NCBI GenBank assembly: GCA_963809485.1
Contig: CAWEJX010000021.1
Span: 32,001-96,000 of the forward strand
Source: an uncultured Acidobacteriota bacterium
GTDB taxonomy: Bacteria > Acidobacteriota > UBA6911
Length of the DNA: 64,000 bases
Direction: 5' to 3'
The notes below the pieces were generated by a model, which was not told the origin of the DNA, made no database searches, and saw nothing but the letters and a program-made list of their open reading frames with translations. The translations under genes and the position numbers were made by a program. Positions 41,799-51,544 of this stretch are shown piece by piece. Positions within the stretch are counted from its first letter, which is position 1; each line of letters starts with the position of its first letter.

Positions 41799-42061
41799 GC
41801 ACAAGTATTTCAGTGGTTCGAAGGTGGAGGAGTGCCTCCAGATCCGCTCTCGATGGTTTTCGATCATGGCAGGCCGGCGGCCAGTTCCGAACGTATCGGG
41901 ACGCGCAATGAGAGCGTGTCGTTGTCACCCTCGATCCAGTCGCCGGCGCCTCCCTCGCTGTCGGATCTGATCACCGCCTTTGCGCATTACAACCAGTCCT
42001 TGCCTTAATTTTATAGGGCTATCCCGCTGCTAACGTTTTAAACGTTAACTATATTAACGCT

Positions 42062-42548
42062 ATGGACGTTAAGACAATAAATCACCTCCTGGCCGGTTGA
42101 GAGTAATAAGAAAACCCTCCTCATGCGGAAGCCCTGCAAGTTCCATTTCATCAACCTGGCAGCGGCCATCGCCTTTCATCCATCATCGCTGAAATATGTT
42201 CACAGGTTCGAAAGTCTTTCACTGGGCATACAAGGAGTTTTCATGGAATGGCTGGTGGCTCAGGAAATCTGGCGGCGAAGGGTCCTCGGAGGGAGTTCAA
42301 ATCCCGAAGCGTTAGGTTGCTGGGGCTCGAAGGAGCACGAAATTGATTTTGTAACTCCCGATAAAGACTTCATTGAAATTAAAAGAGGAAAGGCCGGCCC
42401 TATCGACCTCGGTTGGTTTTCCAAGGTTTTCCCGCGCGACCATTTAACGGTAATTTGCAGCTCCCCGTTCACGTCCAGGCAGGGGATCCGAGTCCCAATG
42501 GAGCAATTTTTGCTTTCTGCGCCTACTTCACTGGAATATAGCGAATAA
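42062..42548 (+). pseudogene. Internally deleted paralog of the 34582-35913 ATPase
   Basis: Same upstream region and MDVKTINHLLA start, jumps near 42095 to MRKPCKF...SLEYSE C-terminus. Confidence 0.88.
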
Positions 42549-42716
42549 ACTCTTTGCCATTTTATTCACGCTATATAGGAATGATGGAAACGTTCTTTCC
42601 GAGCGACACTGCCTCCGGCAACCCAATCGGCCACATTTCCCGTCTTTGGATATGGCGGCTGGCCAATACTGAAATATTTACATTCATTCCCCAAAGGCAG
42701 AAGGACATCGTCCCGG

Positions 42717-43739
42717 CTAGCTCTGAGGAGCCCGGGGTTTCGCCTGTTCCATTGCGATTTTGTTGATTTGACTCAATGCCTGGGCACCGGAAGCTCCCTC
42801 GATGGCTTTGACGGCGATGTCCTGCACTTGCTTTTTCGCCTCCTCAACCTGGACATGGAGATTTGCTATCTCAGCGGCCTGGCGATCCACTGTATCCTTT
42901 AACGACTGAATCTGAAGCTCGGCGACCCTTTTTTCGGCGTCGCTGTCCTTCTTCAGCAAAAGTGTCTGCTGTTCGTATCTCTGTTCTGCGCTTTTCGAAG
43001 CGGCATTGACGGCGGCATCGATTTCCTTCTTGAGGCGCAGGGGAAAATCCTCGACCTCTTTTCTAAGCTGCGCCCATTCCGCTTCTCTTTCCTTCAACGC
43101 CGCTTCCCGCTGCTGCCAGCTCTTCTCGAGGTTCTCTTGTTTTTCTTTGTCTTTCTTTTCCAGCAGTCGAATTTCCTCGTCATATTTGTCTTGAGCCTTT
43201 TTTCGTTCGAGAGCCTTCCGGTATTCGTATTCCTCGATTTCCCGCTGGCGCTGCTTCTTGAGGTTGTCTTCTGTTTCTTTTTGCTCCCGAGCCCGCGTCA
43301 GTTCTTCTTCTTCCCAGGCTGCGCGACGGGAATTGATTTCATTTTCAAGCTCCGCCTTTTCCTCGTTATATCGCTGCAGCATATTGTCCAGTGAGGTGGC
43401 GGCAATATCGATCCTATGCAGACGTTCCAGTTCTTTCTGTTCGAGGGCTACTGCTTCCCGGATTGTTGTCAGCTTTTCCACTTCTGAGACAAGTTTGCCG
43501 GAAAGGTCCGATAGCGATCTGGAAATTTCAAGCCCGATGCCCGATATCTTTTGGATGACGCCATCGACGGACAACCCTTCCACCGCCTGACGGATTTCCT
43601 GATCGCGCAACCGGTCAAGTTCTTCGGTCTTGGGATTGGATGCCGCCCGTTTAACCTGCTCTTCGCGGACCATGCCTTCAAATTCCTTTTCCACTTCAGC
43701 CTTCGTGGTTTTCTTTCGGCTTGGTGTAACTTTCGCCAT
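42717..43739 (-). CDS. Coiled-coil protein
   Basis: E/K/R/Q-rich heptads; AGGGAGG RBS; VQDIAVKAIEGAS tail. Confidence 0.8.
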   Translation of the reverse strand: MAKVTPSRKKTTKAEVEKEFEGMVREEQVKRAASNPKTEELDRLRDQEIRQAVEGLSVDGVIQKISGIGLEISRSLSDLSGKLVSEVEKLTTIREAVALEQKELERLHRIDIAATSLDNMLQRYNEEKAELENEINSRRAAWEEEELTRAREQKETEDNLKKQRQREIEEYEYRKALERKKAQDKYDEEIRLLEKKDKEKQENLEKSWQQREAALKEREAEWAQLRKEVEDFPLRLKKEIDAAVNAASKSAEQRYEQQTLLLKKDSDAEKRVAELQIQSLKDTVDRQAAEIANLHVQVEEAKKQVQDIAVKAIEGASGAQALSQINKIAMEQAKPRAPQS

Positions 43740-44292
43740 AGCGTCCTCCCTTGGTGAATTGCGTATATGTGCCAAAGACTACTCGCCCGAACTGGAAAAT
43801 TTCAACAATTATTCAACGGCAAGGATCATCGAGGCGCCGATCATCGTCATCTGCGGCGGCTGTTCATGCAACATCTTTGGGTTAGCTTTTTCCATGGTTG
43901 GATACGCCGGGTAGGCGGCAAAAAGCGCCGGCACTCTGTGCCGCATAACCCCGAGCGGTGTGAATCTGACCCTATCGGGGCAGTGGTTTGTCCGCGATGA
44001 TCCATGCCGTTCCAGCAGGCCGCATGGAGCTGATTGATTATGTTTGCGAAAACCAGGAAGTTTTCAGGAGCACCAAGGCTTTCTAATGAAGAAGGCACCA
44101 ATCGCAAGTTGTTCGTGCGGGTTGCCATCTCTTCAACGGCGCGCAAGGCAGCGCGCTGTGCTTTCGAAATACCTGCAATCCCGCAATTGGCTTCAGTCAT
44201 TTCCATGTTGATAAATACAGCCAACTATTAGTAAATAATCAGAATCCGGGGCTAAAAATCCATCACCCGAAACAATTGAGGGAGGATGCAAC

Positions 44293-44889
44293 ATGTCCAG
44301 TAATCAACTCACAATCAGTGGTACCGCCAGAATCATCCTAGTGTTTGCCGTGGCCGCGACAGTCCTGCTCATTCCATTGACGCAGCCGGTGTTGGCTCAG
44401 CAGGTCACCATGGAAACTTTGCTCGACCGCGTCCAGATTGAGGATCTCCTGACGCGCTATTATTACGATCTCTCGCGCAGCAACGCCCATGAACTATCCG
44501 AGTATTTCACTGCAGATGCCTTGCTTGACGTCGATGGCACGGTTGCCAAGGGCCGCGCAGAAATTGCCAAGCTGTATCAGAACCCGGCACCGGACCCGAA
44601 ACAACCGGCACCAGCGCCGGCTCGTCGTATGCAAATGCTACTTACCAACCCGATCATCTCAATCAAGGGCAGCACGGCGACGGCACATGTGATCTGGACC
44701 GGTGTGATGAATGAGGGGATCGGCAAACTACCCCAGGTCGTCGAGCAGGGCCGTGAGGATACCGAGCTGGTCAAACAAAACGGCAAGTGGCTCATCAAGC
44801 GCCGCTATATCTCCACCGACGGACGTATGCCGAACCGCTTCGATAAAAACTACAAACCTCGCGAGAACCCTTTGGAACAATCGAAGTAG
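44293..44889 (+). CDS. Secreted NTF2/SnoaL-like protein
   Basis: Signal peptide, DRVQIEDLLTRYYY, GKWLIKRR. Confidence 0.88.
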   Translation: MSSNQLTISGTARIILVFAVAATVLLIPLTQPVLAQQVTMETLLDRVQIEDLLTRYYYDLSRSNAHELSEYFTADALLDVDGTVAKGRAEIAKLYQNPAPDPKQPAPAPARRMQMLLTNPIISIKGSTATAHVIWTGVMNEGIGKLPQVVEQGREDTELVKQNGKWLIKRRYISTDGRMPNRFDKNYKPRENPLEQSK

Positions 44890-45106
44890 TAGCATCGCTA
44901 TGGAAATTGCACGTTCTCGAAAAGGGAGGGTAGGGACAGCGTATAACGGCAGGGTTTACTGTAAGGATACGGCAAGCCGGCGCCCTGGCCCTGTCCCATT
45001 CTCTTCGACAGAGATCAGGAAATTTCCGAGATTGGCGCAGCCATGGATCGGTCACCCGGTTGAGCAGTCGCAAAACCGGACATGGGACTACGACCGGACA
45101 GCCAGA

Positions 45107-45601
45107 TCATTCCGTGAAAACCGTCAGCTTGCGCGACTGAATCAGCCACTTGCCGTTGCGACGGACGAGACGGTCTTCGGAGCGACCCATCGCGGCTGCA
45201 ATCATCCTGCCGTCCGCCTCGCGATGCACAGTCTGCCAGTAAGACTGGTGTAAGGCCTCGCCGGGTTTCGGGAACGTGATGCGAACGTTGCTGATCACGT
45301 GATACAGATTCGACGCCGGCAGCCCCTTCGCCTTGTTGTCGTCGCGGCGCCCGATGAGGCCCGTGACGATCTTGCGAATCTCCGCGTGACCTTTGCTGAG
45401 GATGCCGTTCGAATCGATGACGGCATCTTCGGTAAACACGGCGACATAGCCTTCCGGATCGAGTGAATCCACTGCCCACACGTAACGCGCCATCACGTCC
45501 TCGACCGCGATGCGGTCTTCATAGGCGCCAAGATTTCCCTGCGCAGTAACGTGCAGGGGCGCGATAAGTATGGCGACTAAAGCGCCGAGGTGCAGTCGCA
45601 T
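45107..45601 (-). CDS. Secreted NTF2/SnoaL-like protein
   Basis: Signal peptide, DRIAVEDVMARYVWAVD, HVISN, GKWLIQSR. Confidence 0.88.
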   Translation of the reverse strand: MRLHLGALVAILIAPLHVTAQGNLGAYEDRIAVEDVMARYVWAVDSLDPEGYVAVFTEDAVIDSNGILSKGHAEIRKIVTGLIGRRDDNKAKGLPASNLYHVISNVRITFPKPGEALHQSYWQTVHREADGRMIAAAMGRSEDRLVRRNGKWLIQSRKLTVFTE

Positions 45602-45915
45602 AGCTTGTGCCTCCAATTTCGAAATTGGGGTGCGAAATTGGGGTCGGACCACGATAACTTCTTGTCGATATTGGGGATATCTCGGTTTTTGGAGCAGAAA
45701 TGACCCCTCAAATTTTTATCCCAAACGCGCAAATCCGGGCGCGCCAGGAGTCAGCGCCGTAGAATCGTCTGCAATGCTTCCCCGGATCCGTGATGCAGGG
45801 TGGGATCCGGTGGATCCAGTCAAGCGGATCTGATGCATACATGCAATCGATTTCAGATCCCAGATTGATTGCTTTCTGCAACCTGGAATCTGAAATCGTA
45901 TTTTCCGTGACGGAA

Positions 45916-46626
45916 CTATTTTGCCGGAGGAGGCATTTTGCTTTGGATCCTTGGCTTCCCTTTCTCAGAGGATCCGTCCGATTCGATAAAGATATATTTG
46001 TCCCGCATATTTTCAGGCACCAGATTCCTGAAAGGCGTTTCAACAGACTTCGGTGAGTACTGGGTGTCGATAAATAGGAACGGCCGGGTCACTTTCGTCA
46101 CCCGGAACGGGCAGTGGATGAAATTGCCGGGTATGTATATCAGCGCGGGCTTGTTCACCACGTGCTTCTCCATCTCCGGACCCATATAAACTTCGAACTC
46201 CGCACCTAATTCATGCGGATGATCCGGGTCCGTGCCCAGCGCTACAACCACTTCGGGATCTCGATGTTTATGCGGACCATGGCCGGCAATTTTCGTGGCC
46301 GATTCTCCCATCAACATCGCGGAGAAGAAATGGCTTCCCTCGATAATGTCGTCATCGCAAAAAACCAGAAACCTGTTTTTTAGTGCGCCGTATCCGATCT
46401 CCAGTTCTTCCGGTTTCAACTCCGACGTGAAATATTTTCGGTACTTCAATTCTCCCGGCGCCGAGGCCTGAACCCGCGGATTGGGCGCGGCAATCAGCCC
46501 GCCGCCAGACTGTGTCATCGCCGAGTGGATCGCGCCGGCAGCGATAGCTCCTGCAGCTCCTGCGGCGATTTCCTTTACGAATCCTCTACGCGTAGTATTT
46601 TGGGGATCGATCCTGATCAGACTCAT
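45916..46626 (-). CDS. Tat-exported cupin-like protein
   Basis: TRRGFVK twin-arginine leader; PHKH...PE...HCP metal motif. Confidence 0.75.
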   Translation of the reverse strand: MSLIRIDPQNTTRRGFVKEIAAGAAGAIAAGAIHSAMTQSGGGLIAAPNPRVQASAPGELKYRKYFTSELKPEELEIGYGALKNRFLVFCDDDIIEGSHFFSAMLMGESATKIAGHGPHKHRDPEVVVALGTDPDHPHELGAEFEVYMGPEMEKHVVNKPALIYIPGNFIHCPFRVTKVTRPFLFIDTQYSPKSVETPFRNLVPENMRDKYIFIESDGSSEKGKPRIQSKMPPPAK

Positions 46627-46744
46627 GTCGGTTTCTCCCTGAATGCTTCCCGGATTTGCGGTCCGGAAGGCTAGGAAGTTGAAGCTGCCATTTTGGCCAA
46701 AACTTCCCAGCCTTTTGTGAAATCAGCCGGATCCGCGGTTGCTT

Positions 46745-48061
46745 CTAATAGACCCCGTATTCCATTACGGCTTCGGTCATGGCGCGCAGATTGTCCGGAT
46801 TGCCCTTATCGATGCTGGCGCCTCCCGTCAGAATGAAACCGCCCCCTTCCCCGCAGACCTCGATCAGCCTGCGGCAATATTCTTTCACTTCCTTGGGAGT
46901 GCCCGTGATCATCAGAGAGGCGGGAATATTTCCGGAAAGACATGCCGTGTCGCCCAGAATTTTTTTCGCCCGGAACATATCCGTGCGGTCGAAATACCAT
47001 ATGACTTTGCCCCGCGGCAGGTCTTTGATGATTTCGAGCCGGTTGTTGTAAGCTCCTTCTGCGAACAGCAGCGGCACGGCACCTTCTTCAATCAGCCCCA
47101 GAATCACCTCTCTGAATGTGGGCCAGTAGAACTTCTCATATTGTTTGCTGGACATGAACGTGTCGTCCCCTTTGTGAAGCGCAAAGAAGACGATCGGCAC
47201 GCCAGACATTTTGATCCCGTCCAGGCCGACGTCGATGTTCATTTTGACGATTTTATCCATCGCCTGCAGCACCTTCTCCGGCTGGCGATAAATATCCAGA
47301 AGGATGCCCTTCGTCCCGCGGAGGGTGTCCGCCAATATGTCAAAGGGGGCATGAGATTGGCCTCCGAAAAAGCTCGGATACCCCGCGGCCCTCACCTCCT
47401 GGCCGAACTTCATGGCCGGTCCCATGGACTTTTCCGTCTCGAGCCCGTAATCAATGATGGCCTGATAGGCCGCCCGGACGTGGGGCATAACAGCCGGTCC
47501 CACGAAACGGTTCGCCATCCCGAGCATGTAAGGAATCGGCTGGAATTCCGCGAAAGGCGCCAGGGCCCCGATGCTTCGCGGCAGGTAGCGCCGGAAACAC
47601 CAGTCGCTGAGATCGTCCAGAAACATATCGTACTCATCCTCTTTCATGTATTCGCCTTCCACGAACTGCGGCATCGAGGCATCGTCAGGCAGTCCGTGGC
47701 CCGGCCACTTCATGTTCAGCGGATTGAGTATCTCGGAAGCTCTTGCCGAACCGGCCATTCCGCCGCTGAACACATCGGATTCAAACTCATTGAAAAACCT
47801 CCGGTAAGCCTGGACGGCACGCTCAGGGTCGTGCATGGCTTCTTTTAATGTCATCCCGGAATAGTACAGCGGAAAAGTTCCTGCCGGCAGAATGTAGGGC
47901 ACTCGGTCGGGCTTTTCGAGTTTAATGACCTTGATAAATCTTCCGACCCTTGTCTGATAATCCTGTTTTGCCTTATCGTCTTTGAACGTCACATTTTGGG
48001 GATTCAGCCATTGCTCGAATCTTTTTTCACGTTTTTGTTCCGGAGTCATTTTCTGTTCCAT
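46745..48061 (-). CDS. Uroporphyrinogen decarboxylase/MtaA-like (URO-D superfamily) protein
   Basis: KPDRVP, PFDILADTLRG, FMS..QYEKFYWP, GNIP, GGGFIL. Confidence 0.88.
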   Translation of the reverse strand: MEQKMTPEQKREKRFEQWLNPQNVTFKDDKAKQDYQTRVGRFIKVIKLEKPDRVPYILPAGTFPLYYSGMTLKEAMHDPERAVQAYRRFFNEFESDVFSGGMAGSARASEILNPLNMKWPGHGLPDDASMPQFVEGEYMKEDEYDMFLDDLSDWCFRRYLPRSIGALAPFAEFQPIPYMLGMANRFVGPAVMPHVRAAYQAIIDYGLETEKSMGPAMKFGQEVRAAGYPSFFGGQSHAPFDILADTLRGTKGILLDIYRQPEKVLQAMDKIVKMNIDVGLDGIKMSGVPIVFFALHKGDDTFMSSKQYEKFYWPTFREVILGLIEEGAVPLLFAEGAYNNRLEIIKDLPRGKVIWYFDRTDMFRAKKILGDTACLSGNIPASLMITGTPKEVKEYCRRLIEVCGEGGGFILTGGASIDKGNPDNLRAMTEAVMEYGVY

Positions 48062-48235
48062 TTTCACGCTCCCGTGTGGTCGGTTCGTAATAAGATAGCT
48101 TTGCCGATTGATGTGCGTGATTATACAGGCAATTCCTGCAATAAAGTAGAACTGTTCCCGGAGCCCTAAATGGGATTTTCGATTATGGCAAACCAAAGGG
48201 AAACGGTGCCAGGCACTCCGTTCCCTCGGCAGGGT

Positions 48236-48799
48236 TCAAAGGCCTGCAGCTTTTGCCAGAACCATCGAGTGTTCTCTCCAAATACTGGGCGTGGCGGCCG
48301 TTTTGAAACCCATGGCCGAAGCCAGCGAAATTGTTCGTGAAAATTCCTGCCGGGTAACGTGCCCCCTGGGTTCTGAAATGAGCAGGCATCCATTCTGTTT
48401 CAGTAACCTGTGGATTTCCTGCAGAATCCGCTCCTGATCCGGAACTTCGTGGACGACCGCGAATGCCAGCACAAAGTCGGCGGAGCCTGACATATCCTCC
48501 ATATTCAGGGAATCCTTTTGCGCGCGCCTCGTTACGATCCTATCGAGCACGCCGGCCTTTTGCGCTCGTTTTATTAAGGAAGCCAGCATCTTCTCCTGCA
48601 GGTCGACGCAGACAACTTTGCCTTTGTTGCCGACCAGGACCGCCATGGGAAGGCTGAAATATCCCATACCGCTGCCGATATCGGCGACGGTCATCCCGTA
48701 AGCGACATAGGAACGCAATATTTCCCCGGGATCGTGTATCAGCTTTCGTATAGGGTTCGCCAGCAAATATCCGAGCCACCAGGGACAGACTCTACTCAT
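48236..48799 (-). CDS. Class I SAM-dependent methyltransferase
   Basis: VCPWWLGY, DIGSGMGYF, VVHEVPD. Confidence 0.9.
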   Translation of the reverse strand: MSRVCPWWLGYLLANPIRKLIHDPGEILRSYVAYGMTVADIGSGMGYFSLPMAVLVGNKGKVVCVDLQEKMLASLIKRAQKAGVLDRIVTRRAQKDSLNMEDMSGSADFVLAFAVVHEVPDQERILQEIHRLLKQNGCLLISEPRGHVTRQEFSRTISLASAMGFKTAATPSIWREHSMVLAKAAGL

Positions 48800-48842
48800 A
48801 ATTTCGCTCCAGCAAACACCCGCAGTATCGCGGGAATATGGA

Positions 48843-49237
48843 GTCAGGTACCTCCGGCAAAGCCGGAGACTTGAAAGATTGGAACCGCTCAAAGCGGTTG
48901 GACTAGTTACGCCGGTCTTGAACGCTGACTTACGCGGGCAAAAGCCGATGAGGCGCCTCCGATCCCCGCAGGGGCCAGCGCTCCGCGCTGGACAGTTTTC
49001 TGCGGCGGCACTGTGGCAAGCGCCGTGCGGCAAGGAGATGAAGGGTATGAGAAACCGGGCGTTTGCCACAGTGCCGCCGCAGAAAACTCCATCGGAAGCG
49101 CCTCATCGGCTTTTGCTCGCCGACCTTCGCCGAACAAATCGGCATTTGTCAGCGCTTTTATCAGCGTTTCTCAGCGTTTCAAAATACGGAGCTGTCAAAC
49201 CCTTTGAGTCCCCCGGCAGAGCCGGAGGTTTACCAAT
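48843..49237 (-). mobile_element. Non-autonomous IS200/IS605-like element, copy 2 (longest)
   Basis: Both terminal hairpins complete; extra ~185 bp internal stem-loop. Confidence 0.78.
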
Positions 49238-49265
49238 GTAATTATTGGTAAACGGAATAAAGGGC

Positions 49266-50066
49266 TTATTTCAAAGCTGTTGCCTGAAAAAAGGTATAGC
49301 AGAATGTGCCGTCTTCGAGTGTAGATCTGTTCAAGTCCGCGATGCCTTTGTTCCACGATGTTTCGTCGATGAGGCCGGCGGAGAGAGCCTCTTCTTTTAC
49401 CCCTTCGACCATGGCAATGAATGTTCTTCTGGTAAATCCCTCAACCAGATCCGGACGGCTCGCGTCGACATAAACCATCCGGGGCGCAACGTGTACCTCC
49501 CTGAATCCCGATCCAGCCAGCAACGGGTACAGCCGGCGCCCGATCAGGGAGTCGCCATGCTTGCGGGCCTGCAACTCGATCAGACACCGGACCGCCCGGT
49601 CGGCAGCATTGCTTCTGGGATGGCAGTAGTAGGATCCATGGTCCCCTTCTATGACATTGATCGAACCGCCATCCGCCAATACACCTCTCAGCACGGACAG
49701 AGCCATTTCCGGTTTGCGCAAATGCTCCAGCAGGAAGCACACGAACAGGTGGTCGTATGCCCCGGCTTCATAGGGGAGATTGTAGACATCCGCTATTTCG
49801 AATCGCGCGTTCGACAATCCCGCCTGATCCAGCCTCTCGCGGGCCTTCATGATGGATTCGCCCGATGCATCAAAAGATGTGAAAAGGGAATCGGGATTAT
49901 TCCGGGCCAGATGCATCGTTTGTGCGCCGACTCCGCAGCCGGCCTCGAGCACCCGGCTTCCTTTGGGAAACCTCACGCTTGCATGCAGGAGTTCCGCCAG
50001 CATATCTGCCTGATCCGTCAACCTGCCAGCTTCAATCTCAGAATATCCATGAACGTATCTCCCCAT
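49266..50066 (-). CDS. Class I SAM-dependent methyltransferase
   Basis: YVHGYS..EA.RL.DQA, VLEAGCGVGAQT, FCYTFF. Confidence 0.92.
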   Translation of the reverse strand: MGRYVHGYSEIEAGRLTDQADMLAELLHASVRFPKGSRVLEAGCGVGAQTMHLARNNPDSLFTSFDASGESIMKARERLDQAGLSNARFEIADVYNLPYEAGAYDHLFVCFLLEHLRKPEMALSVLRGVLADGGSINVIEGDHGSYYCHPRSNAADRAVRCLIELQARKHGDSLIGRRLYPLLAGSGFREVHVAPRMVYVDASRPDLVEGFTRRTFIAMVEGVKEEALSAGLIDETSWNKGIADLNRSTLEDGTFCYTFFQATALK

Positions 50067-50356
50067 CGCATCCGTCTCCTTTTATGCAGGACATTGTAAC
50101 AGGATCATCAGGAAGCCTCTCGAAAACCTAAGACACCGGGATAAGCATTGTGCGCAAAACGGCCCAATGATAATATCCTGATTATGCATAAATATACATA
50201 GCTGCTAAATATTATGCATTATCCATTATGATGCGACGTTATGAAAGCGAATACTGCAGCATTCAAAACCACACAAGATTCCCTGCGCACTGCACAGGAT
50301 GGTTTTCGTAGCTTTGCGCCCCTATTGTTATGACTTCTGGCCAGGGAGGAATTGAT

Positions 50357-51082
50357 ATGACCGTTTATGGCAAAGATTTCGCTGCGCTGTATAACGATAA
50401 ATTTAGATTCTGGGGACCTAAGATGTGGCCCTTTCTTTCCCAGGCAGTGGCGAAACACAATCCGGAAGCGAAAACATGGTTAGACCTATGCTGTGGGACC
50501 GGCTCGCTCTTAAGTCTGGTCTGCGATGCCGGGTTCGATACGGTTGGAGTGGACCGTTCCTCATGCCAATTGAAGTATGCAAAGCAAAATGCCCCTCGAG
50601 CGAGACTGGTTCTTGCCGACATCCGCGAATTATCTCTTGGCGGAAAAGTCGATGTTGTCACCTGCATGTTCGACAGTCTGAATTACTTAACAAGCTCAAA
50701 GGATTTGAAAAGGGTATTCCGTTCCATTTATCGTCATTTGAACAGCCACGGGCTTTTTATGTTTGATATGAACACCTTCGAGGGATTGCAGGATACCTGG
50801 TGCGGGACTTCCGCGATTCGCGAAACGAACCGGTTAACCCTTGTTGAGACTTCTTTTGACGCTAAGAAGGCATTAGGCAGGTGTTTGCTCACCGGGTTTA
50901 TTCAGCAAGGGCGAGTATTTCGCCGGTTTGTAGAAACGCATATCGAGCGTGGATATCATGCCGCTGAGATTGAGGCTTTGCTGGAGCAATCGGGATTTGA
51001 ATTTAACAAGTTCGATGGTAATTATTTAACCCGGCCGAAAATCAGGTCATCCCGGCTTCTATACCTCTGCACTGTTGTATAG
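50357..51082 (+). CDS. Class I SAM-dependent methyltransferase
   Basis: LDLCCGTG, TCMFDSLNY, FMFDMNT; GGAGG RBS. Confidence 0.92.
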   Translation: MTVYGKDFAALYNDKFRFWGPKMWPFLSQAVAKHNPEAKTWLDLCCGTGSLLSLVCDAGFDTVGVDRSSCQLKYAKQNAPRARLVLADIRELSLGGKVDVVTCMFDSLNYLTSSKDLKRVFRSIYRHLNSHGLFMFDMNTFEGLQDTWCGTSAIRETNRLTLVETSFDAKKALGRCLLTGFIQQGRVFRRFVETHIERGYHAAEIEALLEQSGFEFNKFDGNYLTRPKIRSSRLLYLCTVV

Positions 51083-51372
51083 GGGGCATCGGGAGTCTTT
51101 ACGGCAACCTTTCCCGCGGAGTCAAAATCGTATATATTGGCCTTCCCGCTAACCAAAAATTCTTCCTCGACATAACCAAGCCTGGAAAGATCCTGAGGCA
51201 CGATTGTCCTGGCAACTGCGCAAAAAGGGTAAGATTTTTCGGTAACTGTTAGAGGACCGGCAACCGAGGGTATCGATGCCGCGCCATAGATAGACGTGGG
51301 ACAGATGAAAAAAGAGAAGACAAGGACAAAGAAGAACCTTTTCCCGGCTGAACTGAGGGATCGGATTGACAT
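51070..51372 (-). pseudogene. N-terminal fragment of secreted alpha/beta-hydrolase-domain protein
   Basis: Signal peptide, GYVEEEFLVSGKANIY, PYTT then breaks at the convergent gene end. Confidence 0.7.
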
Positions 51373-51544
51373 ATTGACTCCATCTTTTTGTATTGAATTT
51401 GTTTGCCGGAATCTTACCACAAAAAGTAACCTGGGATCCTGAATGCGTCGGTAACCCCCCTGCGGTTTCCCGGTGTTACCTGTGTGGCATAATATGTGGC
51501 GAGCCTGTATTCTAACTGTTTTGAAAACCATGACGAGGTGCTGC

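Noticed and set aside
43847-44224. 125-aa minus-strand ORF
   Set aside because: No recognisable motif and a low-quality C-terminus; at most a fragment.
45620-45715. AAATTGGGGT duplicate and GGGGTC...GACCCC hairpin; also hairpin at 44920-45005
   Set aside because: Single degenerate REP-like or terminator-like relics; insufficient support for a call.
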